Part shown: positions 12,962 through 26,732 of the stretch, piece by piece
How positions within the stretch are numbered: the first letter of the stretch is position 1
How the letters are laid out: every line of letters begins with the position of its first letter
Assembly: GCF_006345805.1 (NCBI RefSeq)
Contig: NC_042998.1
Location: forward strand, 139,872,001-139,936,000
Reading direction: 5' to 3'
Source: Octopus sinensis
Taxonomy: Eukaryota
DNA: 64,000 nt
The notes under the pieces: generated by a model
What the model was told of the DNA's origin: nothing
The model's database searches: none
What the model saw: only the letters and a program-made list of their open reading frames with translations
Program-made: the position numbers and the translations under genes

Positions 12962-14032
12962 ATACATATATGTATATATATATATAATCTATATATGTAT
13001 ATATATATAATAAATATATGTATATATATATAATCTATATATGAATATATATGATATATATATGTATCTACATAATATATATATATATATATCTTCTGAT
13101 TCAATATTTGTACAGTTCTGCTAATCTAATGTTGTGGATTGGCACCTCTTTATGAACTGCAAAAGGTTGAAATACAAAGTTGACTTCAATGCAAGTTGAA
13201 CTCAAATGCAAAGAGGTGGATCAAACACTTGAGTGGTGGTCTGTTTGATGTTCTAATGATTCTGCCAATTCACCTTAGAATGGCAGTCGAAAAGAAACTC
13301 TTAGTTGTACCAAGCCCTTATTTTATGCAGCAAGGGGTTACATTTCTCCATGACATGATCCAGAAACTGGGTGTCTAGAATTTATATGATTTGATTTAAG
13401 AGTTATCTGGATCTTGATTACACCAAATTGAGTTAACCTTTAGCACACAGCATTTTCTCTAGAATTGTTTCCTCTTCCACTGCCCTGTTACTACAGGGGA
13501 GAAAACTCATACAGTGACATGATGTACCTACAGTGTGCTAAAAGTTAAATCTCAATACTTCAGATATGAGACTCACATAATCACTTGGCCCTTTAGCATT
13601 TAAACCAGTTGTATCCAGATCAAATATTCTTCCTGTTTTATACTAAAACTATTCAGATCTGGCCTCTCACACCTACCCTAAAATATCATTCTAAAAAATA
13701 AACAATCATATCATTGAAATTTTGAATCTATGTATGATAAATTCAAAACAATTTGAACAAATAAGCATTACTTTTGACAGAGTAATCTGAGGGATAAGAG
13801 GTTATTGTTTGTTAACTACAACATTTCAGAGTTGTATTTGACTAGCAAGTGTCATGATCTGAGGCTGTGTTGAAACTGAAGCAATTACATTGTAAAAAAG
13901 ATATTTTAATAATCCAAAAGCACGTAAGAAGTTATTATGTATTTTTCATGTATTTCTTGAGGTGTTTACATTTTGATGGTTTGAACCATTGAAATCTAAA
14001 TTCAAGGGACACAGATCAAAGCAGTTTATACA

Positions 14033-14064
<32 letters not shown>

Positions 14065-14156
14065 CATACATACATATATATATGTGTGTGTATATATATA
14101 TTGTGTGTGTATGTGTTAGCATCTTCTTTGCTTGACATTGGATGATACCTGTAAAT

Positions 14157-14498
14157 CAGTGGTTCTCAGCCAGGGCCTATATGGCCCCTGAGAGTCCATT
14201 TAAGATTTTGCAGGGTCCACACAACAAAATAATAGTTTGGGGATCTGAATAGTATTTTAAGGACCCCTGAAAAATTTTGCTTCAGATGTATGTATTAGTA
14301 TGTATTGCAAAAAACTAGATTTCTTTCTGACATTTTACATATTTCAACCTACTGAAGGAAATGTGTGAAAAACAAAATAGGAATTTTGAAAGAAGTTTTT
14401 ATAAAACTAGTTTTTAAACATAGAATGGCTTTGGGGCCTCACCAGAATAAAATAGGAATCAAAGGGGTCCATAGTTAAAACATGGTTGAGGACCCCTG
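14157..14498 (+). mobile_element. hAT-like MITE (second copy 55174-55430)
   Basis: TIRs cagtggttctca / ggttgaggacccctg; shared ggaatcaaaggggtccatag segment. Confidence 0.65.
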
Positions 14499-15570
14499 CT
14501 GTAAATGAATGTTACTGTCATACAACAAATATTTTTCATTTTCCAGTATTCTGTGAAAACATGCCTGGTCATGTAGAAATATTACCTTGCTCGGAAACAG
14601 ATATGGGTCGATGACAGGATGAGCATCCAGCTGTAGAAGATTCACCTGAATAAATTTTGTCTAACACATGCAGGCATGGGAAAGTGTGCATTAAATGATG
14701 ACGGTGATCAATAGGACAGTGAAGCAGCAGGTTTGTCATCATTTGTAACAACTCAACCAGTTCCAGTTCCTGCAAAAAAGTAGATTTGGCAAACAAGATA
14801 ATTATTTTTTTTAGTTTCCAACTTCGCAGCAAGTAGCCTGAGTGACTTATATTTGAAAAGCTCCCTTGTTGGTTCGGTCCTGTCCTGTATTGATTAATGA
14901 GTTGATGTAGAAAGAAACTAGAGGAGGAAGCGGAGGTAGTGGAATAAAACTACATCTTATGGAATCAATAACAAAATCTTTTGATCCTTATGAGATATGT
15001 GTGGGGGGAAATAAAAAAGAAATGAGCCAAAAAGAACAAAATGAAAACTGGATAAATAAAAAAAATGAAAGCAAGATGGAAGTGTAAAAAAATTTAATCC
15101 CTAAATAGAAATATATTTCCCAAGTTATGTGAATTATTTACAGTAATAATTACCGAGATGAAAGAGGCGAGATGCTTTTATAGTGATTCTTTCATCAGAG
15201 TTTAACTTTCATCAAGCTAAAAGTTTTCCCTTGCTTTTTATGAGTTTCAAACTCTTGTATACCGTATTCTGGTTTGTTCCTTTATTTATTAATTATTTTC
15301 CACTTTTGTAGTTGTTGTTGTTTTTGTTCTTTACAATATTTTCTCCTAATTTAAAATTTAAAAGATGGAAAAAGAGAAAAAGATGTAAAAATAGTAACAA
15401 CAACAATAATAAAAAGTGAAAGAAAGAAATTGTGTTGAGTTGGCAAGGTGTTTTCTTTTAAACAAGCACACTCGCTCACTCACTCGCACATACATACTTA
15501 TCATACTTATGTATATTTATAATTAAATATGTTTGTCTATATACATATATGTGTGTGTGTGTGTATGTAC

Positions 15571-15624
<54 letters not shown>

Positions 15625-16527
15625 GTGTATGTGTGTATGTATGCATTATATGTGTGTATGCATATATATATATGTATGTATGCATGTATACATATGTATG
15701 CATGTATACATATGTATGTATGCATGTATATATATGTATATATGTATGTGTGTATTTATGCATATATATATATATGCATAAATACAAACATACAAATAAA
15801 GATGCATACATATATATACACATACATACATAAATACACACAAACATATATATAGATATAGATAGATATATGTATGTATACACTCATGCCCACACAAGAT
15901 ATATGTATATAGTTATATCTATCTATCGCCCTTTCTCTGTATATATATTTGTCCATGTGTTACAGTATGATTATGCATACTTACTTACACACACACACAC
16001 ACATGCACACAAATTATTGATGTTCTAAGCAATGTGTTTTGGATAATCTAAATGCCTGATGGTATAATGGTAAATACTCTATTAATGTATTGCAAGTTTT
16101 AACCATGCCACATAGTGTGTAATTGAAGACATTGAAGAGAGTTAAACAAATTGCTTTATAAGATCTTCATGGGCAGAAAAGAAGAATTGTAGAGGGATCT
16201 GACAGGCATCATTGCTATTTGAGACAGCTTTTAAGAGAGCATGGACATGCCTATTATTTGATCTCAGAGTGAATATATATATATATAGATATGCTAAAGG
16301 CTAAAATTAAGGAATTCACTAAACCAGAAAATCTGATTTGCATAACAGTGTTTTGTTGATGCACTTTTTCATGTATCCATGCATACACACACAGAGGCAT
16401 GCACACGTGTGAATGTAGATATATATATATATATTTACATGTATATATATATATTATATATATATACATACATATATATATATACATATATATACATACA
16501 TATATATATATATACATATATATATAA

Positions 16528-16579
<52 letters not shown>

Positions 16580-16598
16580 TACATATATATATATATAC

Positions 16599-16656
<58 letters not shown>

Positions 16657-16683
16657 TCATCATCATCATCATCATTTAGCGTC

Positions 16684-17446
16684 AGGTTTGAAAATCAGAA
16701 AAATCAGAGGGAATATCATTATTGATAGCTAATATAACACCGTAGCTGAGTAAAGAGGTTCTGTTAATCGTGAGCTAGCAAATGGGTTTGTATGAATCGG
16801 GAGACAATACTAATTGAAAAATGAAAAATCAGAGTGGCTATGAACCTGGAGACAAGTCTAAACGAAAAAAAAAAATGTTTGAGCTAGACAGGGTAATGAG
16901 GGAATACTGAAAGAATGAGTGACAATACAATGAGATGGAAATTGAAGAATAGAGAAAGAATAAGGGTAAGTGCAAGAAAGAAGGTAGTCGTAGCGAGGTT
17001 GGACGATTCACTTAACTTTTAGCCATTCGTGATCTGTGCGTATTCTTTAGATATTTTGAAGCGAGTGGGGTTAACGATAAATGCGATGGCTCTTTTATGT
17101 ATGGCGATGATGGTTTTGGGGAGGGGGGGGCATAGAGGACCATGGCGATGATGGTTATGGGAAGGGGGGACATAGCGAGAGAGAGATACGGTTAGTTAGA
17201 GAGAGAGGTCAAGGGACACGTGACAATAAGCGGTGTGAGGGAATTTGACTGGGGACGGCATTGTCGATAAATAAACATTAGATAAATAGGTTTGAAAATC
17301 AGAAAAATCAGAGGGAATATCATTATTGATAGCTAATATAACACCGTAGCTGAGTAAAGAGGTTCTGTTAATCGTGAGCTAGCAAATGGGTTTGTATGAA
17401 TCGGGAGACAATACTAATTGAAAAATTGAAAAATCAGAGTGGCTAT
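16684..17446. mobile_element. Small element with 158/159-bp terminal direct repeats (TRIM/pLTR-like, unclassified)
   Basis: 16684-16841 and 17288-17446 are identical except for one T. CpG-rich non-coding interior; no TG..CA ends. Confidence 0.6.
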
Positions 17447-17486
<40 letters not shown>

Positions 17487-18243
17487 CAGTTGGAGTGGAC
17501 TATATTCATATTTATTTAAGAATATATGATAGAAAAGATATTTAACAAAGTGTATGTGAGTGTGAGTATATATATATGATGTAAAATTTGCTTCAGGCAT
17601 GTATTTGAACAATAAAAATGTATAAAAGTTCATCAAATATTATATAATATATATTATTGATGTATTGAACTTATCTCCCCTTTTGAAAGACCATAAATCA
17701 GTATCCTAGAGGTAATTAGCACCAACTCTAAATGAGAAGGGGAAATAATCTCAAAAAGGCAAAAAAGGCCTCCAAAACTAACTTACTAAAAGTAGATCTA
17801 AATGAGATGTAAGAGTTAAGGTGTTAAATCTTTTAATAACATTGCAAATCACAGATAATATGCTCATTCAGCTTGTTGAGACATTAGAGGAGAGAGGAAA
17901 TTTGTTAAATTTAAAGTTCATCCTTTATTTATTTATTCATTTTTTGTGGAAGTGGTGTCAGGTGGAGGCTCCTCTTGAATTGGTTGGATGTCTTTGATTG
18001 AACAACTTATCTTGGTAATCGATTCTTGTTTGTATAGATTCTGTGCAATATTTACTACATTGTGATCTTGTTGCATCATTTTCTAAGTAACTCCAGTAAT
18101 ATCTCAGATGTTAAGCTTCATTTCATTTGAAGAAAAAGCCTGAAACTTAAATGGAAACAAAACACATTTTAGTCCAGTAGGTTACAAAATACTGCATTTG
18201 ATGGCATATAAGACACTTTTTTTAATTAACAAAAAAAATTGTC

Positions 18244-18665
18244 AGGTATGGTTGTGTGGTCAGAAGCTTGCTTCCCAACCACATGGTTCTGGGTTCAATC
18301 CCACTGTGTGATACCTTGGACAAGTGTCTTTTACTTATAGCCTTGGGCCAACCAAAGCCTTGTGAGCAAATATGGTAGACAGGAACTAGAAGCCCATCAC
18401 ACACACATATATATATGTGTATATATCTATGTATGTGCATGTGTGTGTTTTTGTGTCTGTATTTGTCCCCTCATCACCACTTGATAACTGGTGTTGGTGT
18501 GTTTACATCCCTGTAACTTAACAGTTTGGCAAAAGAGACTCATAGAATAAGTACTAGGCTTTAAAAAAAATAAGTCCTGGTGTTGATTTGTTTGACTAAA
18601 AAACCCTTCAAGGCAGTGCTCCAGCATGGCTGCAGTCAAATGACTGAAACAAGTACAAGAATAAA
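18244..18665 (+). mobile_element. SINE family A
   Basis: Same head and body. Further copies at ~3205-3375(-), 7760-8085(-), 23885-24075(-), 24385-24545(-), 25857-26158(+), 39770-39910(+), 42935-43315(-), 47035-47470(-), 51430-51810(-), 54660-54830(-), 57000-57365(+), 62085-62250(+), 62780-62940(+). Confidence 0.88.
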
Positions 18666-19060
18666 ATATCCTATATGCAAAGTCCGACATGCAAACCTGG
18701 AACTTTCATAAACTAAATTGCTTTAAAAATTACATACTTTAATGCACAAAAAACTTTTCCTGAAAAAGTGCTGCTGAAACTGGGGTGCAATTAATATGCC
18801 TGTGCATCTTTTGTGCTATCTGCATCATTTAACGATTTACTTTTCTATACTTGTATAAGTCAAATGGAATTTGTTGAGGTAGATTTTCTATGGCCAGACA
18901 TGGTTTCCCCGGAAGAAGCTTTACTCACTGGTTTCTGGAATATTGTGACAGAAGAGCCCAAGAAGAACTTGTTCACATACCTTAAGTTCTTTGTCATGCA
19001 GCCCTACTGGAACTTTTAGTTTTTTTCTGCCACCCAGAGGGTAATCATTTTAACTTTTAA

Positions 19061-19684
19061 CCTTTTAACATTCAGATTATTCTGTGAAATGTAATGTTTA
19101 TTTACTCACATTGTTTTAAATTAATCATATATTATCTTAGAGTTTCAAGATTTCAATGATATGATTCTCTCTTTCTCTTTTACTTGTTTCAGTCATTTGA
19201 CTGTGGCCATGCTGGAGCACTGCCTTTAGTCGAGCAAATCGACCCCAGGACTTATTCTTTGTAAGCCTAGTACTTATTCTATCGGTCTCTTTTGCCGAAC
19301 TGCTAAGTTACGGGGATGCAAACACACTGGCATCAGTTGTCAAGCGATGTTGTGGAGACAAACACAGATACACAAACATACACACACACACACACATATA
19401 TACACACATATATACGACGGGCTTCTTTCAGTTTCCATCTACCAAATCCACTCACAAGGTTTTGGTCGGCCCGAGGCTATAGTAGAAGACACTTGCCCAA
19501 GGTGCCACACAGTGGGACTGAACCCAGAACCATGTGGTTGGTAAGCAAGCTACCTACCACACAGCCACTCCTGCACCAATTGTTTATTTTTAGAATGACA
19601 TTTTTGGATATGTGTGAGAGACCATATCTGACCAGTATGAACAGAATATTTGAGTCAGATACGGTCAGTCTAAATGCTAAAGTG
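19061..19684 (-). mobile_element. TTAA-type (piggyBac-like) MITE interrupted by a SINE (intact relative at 13589-13801)
   Basis: Reverse complement matches 13589-13801 (ctttagcatt...cctctcacacctaccct...cattctaaaaataaacaat) on both sides of the SINE. Confidence 0.55.
19167..19577 (-). mobile_element. SINE family A, full length, little decayed
   Basis: Complete reverse copy with CpGs retained. Confidence 0.92.
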
Positions 19685-19689
19685 TTGGC

Positions 19690-20028
19690 TCATTGATAAC
19701 TTCAGGATCTCCACAGAATATGCAGTTCCAACCACCCCTTGGAATTCCAATGCAGGAATGTGGCACAACAGAAGGAAAACCTCTGGGCAGAATTACTACA
19801 GAGGAGCTTTCTGCTATTGCAATAGAAAGCACTGTAGTCTTTAGTGGGATCATCACTGCTACCATCATTGAAATTACAGATGGTAGGGAATGGGATTGCT
19901 TCCGAGACTGTGGTATTGGCTGCTGCTGTCATTGTTGCTGCTGTTGTTGTTGTAATAGTAACTGCTGATGTTGTTTGTGTGGTTGCTGGGAAGTTTGTTA
20001 CTGTTGCAATGGCTGTGACTGCTTCCAT
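19690..20028 (-). pseudogene. Decayed TIF1/bonus (TRIM24/33-type) fragment: Thr/Ala-rich linker plus PHD finger
   Basis: Across two frameshifts it reads DDPTKDYSAFYCNSRKLLCSNS/CPEVFLLLCHIPAL/GIPRGGWNCIFCGDPEV, versus recalled TRIM33 [57 protein letters not shown]. Several Zn ligands are lost. Confidence 0.72.
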
Positions 20029-21402
20029 TGACTGCTATAATCTTCTCAATGAGAACACAACCCAGCCAACCAATCAACCATTTAAGTATTGAAGTTGACT
20101 CTAAATGAATAAGGAAAACAATGCAATGAAATAATAAAGTATTTTGTTTCTAATTGTATAATATCGAGAAGACTATATAGTGGTAGAGAAATCTTTCTTT
20201 AATAAACCAATATAACATCGCAGACAGAGGGAAATGAATGGTGTAAAAATTAATGAATAATTTTGTTGCATCTTTTTATATCCTTTCCTGCGCCTTGAGC
20301 AAAGCAATTACAACAATGGTATTGAACATAGAATGTAATTAAATTTAAAATTCAATAAAATAGTTAATTTAAATTTTTTAAAAAGTATAATAACGAGGAA
20401 AAACAAATAAAACTTTATAGTTTTCTAGAATCTTCTTTGACTTTTTTTTGTTGTTTCTGCTGTTGTTGATGGTAATTTAACATTGCAATTGATTTAATGT
20501 GATTTTGTTATTTTAAGATTAGCTTTCCGATTACAATCTCACTGGAAGCCAACTATTCACACACTCTGTAATACATACAGGCTGGTACACTCTCAGCAAT
20601 GAGCATTCTGGCAAAGACACTCCTGGTAAGATTAGCAGATTTGACCTTAACTAAACACAAGTCATTGGATTTTATGATGTAATAAATTTGAAATTATAAA
20701 ATTTTTTATTTGATTTATTAGAGAGATTTAAAAATTAAAATAACATCTTTTTGTATAGGCTTAGTGATACAAACTGGAAAATAGAACTAAAAACGTGTGT
20801 GTATGTATATATGTATGTTATTAATTGGGAGAAGATATAGAGTGACTCAAGAGCTAAGAATTTCAAGCATTGCCAATTAATTATGAAAACAAAAAGTGAT
20901 CTTTTTATTTCTACATTTCCCATTGTTATTTTTCCTAATGTTGAGAAGCTAAGATGCCCCGATGCACTCGAAGCATAGAGGTATGTTAGATGTATCTAGC
21001 AGTGTAGGTTATGTGTCAAGGGGGAAAGAAAGGGGTATGCAGTATTGATCTGGGCTGGTTATCAATAAGGCCTAATATTTTGGATGATGCTTTGCTGGGG
21101 GCAGTGAGTCAATTCCAGATTGGTCTTGATCTTGTATGTATAGTGTGGCAGTTATGCTTACATGGTAGTGAGAGGTGGGCACTGAATACAGATGATGTGC
21201 AAAAACATCCACCTGTAGAAAATCTGCCTCAACAAATTCCTTGTGGCTCATGTGTATGGAAAAGTAGCTGTTAAAATGATGATGATGATGGTGGTGGTGA
21301 TGATGATGACAACATTATGCTGATGCTGATGATGATGAAGTTGATGATGATGAGGATAATGATGATGATAACAAAGATGATGATAATGACAACGACAACA
21401 AC

Positions 21403-21828
21403 GAGCTGGCAGAATCGTTAGCATGCTGGGCGAAATGCTTAGCGGTATTTCGTCTGCCGTTACGTTCTAAGTTCAAATTCCGCCAAGGTTGACTTTGCCT
21501 TTCATCCTTTCAGGGTCGATAAATTAAGTACCAGTTATGCACTAGAGTCGATGTAATCGACATAATCTGTTTGTCTGTCCTTGTTTATCCCCTCTGTGTG
21601 TAGCCCCTTGTGGGCAGTAAAGAAATAAGAATCGTTAGCACACCGGGTGGAATGCTTAGTGGTATTTCGTCTGCTGTTACGTTCTGAGTTTGACTTTGCC
21701 TTTAATCCTCTCAGGGTCAATTAAATAAGTACTAGTTATGCATTGGGGATCGATGTAATCAACTTAATCCCTTTGTCTGTCCTTGTTTGTCCCCTCTATG
21801 TTTAGCCTCCTGTGGGCAATAAAGAAAT
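21403..21828 (+). mobile_element. tRNA-derived SINE family B, head-to-tail dimer
   Basis: gagctggcagaatcgttagc...gttcaaattccgcc...gtcgataaattaagtacc. Other copies at ~5636-5868(-), 38478-38625(+), 43376-43577(-), 53425-53625(+), 61865-62060(-). Confidence 0.88.
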
Positions 21829-22873
21829 AGATGATGAGGATGACAACAATGAAGTTGATGATGATGACAACGATGATGAAAGTGATGATGATGATGATGA
21901 TGATGATGATGTCCTTCCTATTTTTTAAGTCAGCAGGGTGTAATTTATGTGAAATTTGATTTCAAATTTCGAGCAAGTCAAACAAAACAATCACATAAAA
22001 CAGAGATTCTTAAACTGAGGCACATATACCCCTAACTGTAAGGAAGAGAAACAGTGGAGGTGCATGAGGTTTGAAAAACACTCACTAGAATTTTGAGGGT
22101 ATTACTAATCAGACACAACCTATGAGTGCAAAAAATGTTCATATTCTCTTATTGTTGTGAACAAGGGCTTTTCAGCCATGTTTACAGCCAAAAACATATT
22201 TCATGCAACATTATCAATTCAGAATGATATATGGGTTTATCTCTCTGAAACTTTTAACATAAAATTAAAGATAATTGATTTCTTACAAAGGCACCAGGCC
22301 AAAAATATGTTAGGGAGGGTTCTGTTGATTATATTGACTCCTATATTTGCTAAGTACTTTATTTTATCAAAGGAGGCAATATTAACCATAGGATTTGAAC
22401 TCTTTAACTTAAATTAAACTAATCTTATATTATAAAAGAGAAATTGAGCTCTGCTTGTCTGTCCATCACATGATAACAGGTGAAGGAAGGGAATAAGGGG
22501 AGGAATCAAAAGGAGAGATAACCCCTGTCACAATGTTTATTTAGAAGAAGGGGAGAAGAAAACGTTGTTGAGAGAGGGGGAGAGCATGAAGGATAGATAG
22601 ATAGGTAGCGTTGCCATTATAGTAACTAACAAGTTTTGATTAAAAATGCAGGAATTTTAAGTGGAAGTCTGTCAACACAATGCAACACAAACTTTAAAAT
22701 ATAACTATATGTATGTGTGTGTATATATATATATAATACATATAGTTATCTTTTTGGTTGTGTGTGTATGTGTGTGTTTCTGTGTGAGTTTCAACATATA
22801 GACAATGCAACATAGACTAAAAAAAAAGACTTTTACTATAATGACAGGTTGTTATTGTTGCTGAGAGAGAAAA

Positions 22874-22917
<44 letters not shown>

Positions 22918-24173
22918 AAAATTTGTTTCAAGATAAAAAAACAGATTGTTGTTGAGTATATCAATGTGATCATTGTAGTAGCCTTCTGTTGAAGGATCTG
23001 TTTCACCACGACTAGGACATTACCCGACAGCATAGCGATGGATCAAGACTAGTAACAAATAATTCAAGTCCACAATCAGTTTTATGGTATCCAGTGATTT
23101 TCTCTCTTTTGTTCACACAGGATACTGTGACACCACTGGCCTTGATCAAGGGTATGCCAGAAGGAAAAGTTAGAGGAAGCCCTTTCACATAGAAGCCTCT
23201 TTTTTAACTTGTGACCCTTACTCATTTCTATTGTCGCTTTAGAAGTCAATGAAAACAACTGCAACATAAATTTCAAATTCTAATTATGAAGTTGATTCTA
23301 AATTAACACTAAGGTTACAATTCCAGCTGTTTATACAGTTAGCTTCCTTCTTCCAATAAATAATGGATGAGATTTGTCTTCTGTAGCAGATTCATTTTAG
23401 CAAAAGAAATTCAATCCTTATAAATCCACAAAAACAAAAACAAGTCAATAGGTAGTTTAGTGTCATAAAAAGTGAAAATAAAATGCACTGCAGATGACAA
23501 TAACAAAATCTCATAATTTCATAAACACTGGCTCTTGTGGTATAATATCTTCTAGGGATAACATGAGCATTTCTAAAACATCAGTTGAGATACACCACTG
23601 CAACTTAGCATACCCAACAACAAAGACCAATAAAAAGACCCATATAAAGTCATTTGATATTTGATGGATGAGCTTCCAATGCAAGTTTAGGTCACATATA
23701 TAATTGCGAAGCTGTCCATCATTCTTTAAATTTTTTTAGTCAAATGATAAGAAATTCCTTACTCAGACTATCAAAGAGCAATGGGTGTTTTCCAAGAAAA
23801 ACTCAAATGACATTGTGATACAAGTGATGCTTTGGGGCAAAATAGGTTCAGAAATTGTAAAGAAGCTATTCTATTATTTATTCTCTTACTTTTTTCACTC
23901 ATTTGATTGCAACCATGTTGGAACACCACCTTAAAGGGTTTTAATCAAAGAAATCGACCCCAGGACTTATTCTTTGTAAGCCTAGTACTTATTGTATCAG
24001 TATCTTTTGCCAAACCGCTAAGTTACAGGGACATAAACACACTAGCATCAGTTGTCAAGTGATGGCAGGGGGACACACATAGACAAACACACATAAATAC
24101 ATGTATGTATGTATGTATGTATGTATGTATGTATGTATGTATGTATGTATGTATGTATGTATGTATGTATGTA

Positions 24174-24214
<41 letters not shown>

Positions 24215-26732
24215 TGTCCACTCATGACTGAGGATGACCATTGCTGACCTTCAGGAACATTGTATGCTCTAAGACTAACTTATATTTTGCATTTGTGGCT
24301 CTGTTGGTGGCTAATGAGCCCTGCTCTTGACAAGCATACATGACTGCAAATATTGCAAACCAAGCTTTTCCCATTCACTACACACACAACAGGTTTCTTT
24401 CAGTTTCTGTCTACCAAATCCACTCACAAGGCTTTGGTCAGCCCAAGGCTATAGTAGAAGACACTTGCCCAAGGTGCTATGCAGTGGGCCTGAGCCTGGA
24501 ACCATGTGGTTGGGAAGCAAGCTTCTTATCACACAGCCATACCTTACATACATTCTCTGCATCATTTTCATTTCTTTAAATAAATCACCAATTCCAGTTT
24601 CTAATGAGTTTTACTTTCACTTTTTTAGAATGGTAAACTGCATTTTAATTTAAAAACAAATTGTGGTGTAATTTGATGGAGCTTTGGTATTGTAGCAGAG
24701 ATTCAAGAGCAAACCCCAACAGTTTCAAATGATCAGTCTATAACTCAATTAATCAGTGCAAGACTGTGGCACGATATGGCTTCCTTGAATGTTCTAAAAT
24801 TTGACTTCTTGTCTCTTATAACAAGTGTTTCGTCTTTGACTGAGTGTTGAAGGCAGATGACTGACTCACGTGCCTCTAGTCTTGCCAGGCAGATGGCCAA
24901 CAGAATGCTGACACCACAGATTGCCTCAGAGATTTGCACAGATGACTTTGTGTATTTTTGGACTGATCACATGATGTCACACAGATAGCTTTCTGTAATT
25001 TCAAAGTAGATTTCCTTTTCTCTCAGTCAATAATTATTAATGTTATTCATTGTAATTCACCAACACCAAATATATTTATGCCTGGCAATAAATATTACAG
25101 TTAAATGTTTGAAAGTTTGCTTCAATTTTTCACACAGAGTGTGTGATCATCATCATCCCCTACCACCATCGCAGCCACCACTGTTATCATCATTTTCATT
25201 ACTATCAACATCATCATCATCTTTATCTCCACCACCACCACCATCACAACTACCACTACCATCGATACAACCAACAAAATATGTCTTTATTGACCAGCTC
25301 AACTCAAGCAAAGCAAACCCCTTGCGACAGTATTATTTCTAACAGATCAGACAACCATGTATATGTTCTGTCATTGGCTGCCTAAATGAAAGAATAAAAG
25401 AATGATCTCAAGTGGAACATCTTTAATCAAACGTAACCTTTATCAAGTTTGACATGAAGCTAATTAATAACAAAAATGAAAGCACATGTAGACAGTCGTC
25501 AGACTTGCTAGAAATAACAGCCAAAATCTCCTTCAGATCATGACCTCTTGTCTTTAAAAGGAACTGACACATTGCGTTATGCAGTCATAGTAAATAGATT
25601 GGATTTGAAATATAGAGCAGAAGTGGGTACTCTGAGCTAAACAACAAACAAAACGGAGTCAAATCTTTTGTAAATCTTGACGTGAATCTTTGTGACATAG
25701 TAAAAAAAATTTTTCAGTTTTGCATTCATCTTATTATTCCCAGTGTTAATCTTAAATCTTAATTAAACTGTTTAGTGATAATCAAGATTAAAAAAAAAAA
25801 TCAATATCTGAATACAAACATAGATCACACATGAATGAAATATTTTATTTTATCAATTGTGTGGTAAGAAGCTTGCTTCCCAACCACATGGTTCCAGGTT
25901 CAGTACCACTGCATGGCACTGTATATATATCTATGTGTGTGTGTGTCTTTGTGCCTGTTTGTCCCTCCCACCATCACTGATTGACAACTGGTGTTGGTGT
26001 GTTTACATCTCCATAACTTAGTGGCTTAGCAAAAGATCCCGACAGAATAAGTACTAGGCTTAAAAAATAAGCCCTGGGGTCAATTTGTTCACCTAAAACC
26101 CTTCAAGATGGTGCTCCAGCATGGCCAATCAAATTATAAAACAAGTAAAAGAATAAAAGTATATATATATATATATATATACATATATAGGGTAGCGAAT
26201 ATTCGTTATAAATATCACTACCAATGGTCTAACTTCTAAAATTGCTATTAAATCGTGGTTTTGGCGGTGTTGGCTGCTATTTCTATCATGTAAAAATTAC
26301 CTGTTAAAAGGTAGTTTTCTCTTGTGTTTAAATGTACACATTTTTAAAAATATATATATATATATATATTTTATAATTAATCAATAATTATAATTGAGGG
26401 TACACATTGCTGTAAATAAGAGTAAAAAAATACTTTAATAAACCACCATTCTACTGAAAGCATAACAGGCCTGCAAAAATTGAGGGAGAAGCAAAGAAAT
26501 TAACTTACCATCACAGCTGATAGTCGCAAATGAGGTAAGAGATATTCCTGTATTATATGATTTCAAACCTTGGGCTTTTTACTTTTAATTATAGAATTTA
26601 TCGATTTGCCCTTTTATTGACTTTAATGCTTGCTGGCCACTTATATTATTATTATTATTATTATTATTTATCAATGATAATGATAGTAATATCTATATTT
26701 TATATACACACACACACACACACACACATATA

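Noticed and set aside
17930-18140. Strong minus acceptor followed by a 48-aa ORF (MMQQDHNV...)
   Set aside because: Stops in all frames right after the acceptor and no homology; could be UTR or chance.
19702-19860. PLAC/ShK-like Cys domain in the single-frame translation (LC...CCATF)
   Set aside because: Frameshift-aware reading fits a TIF1-type PHD finger much better.
19693-19968. Plus-strand Cys-rich ORF (metallothionein-like tail, in-frame TGA suggesting Sec)
   Set aside because: The TGT/TGC codons are the antisense of ACA/GCA codons in the minus-strand Thr/Ala-rich linker of the PHD pseudogene.
24760-24960. Possible RT relics here and at 13100-13400
   Set aside because: Similarity too weak to call by eye.
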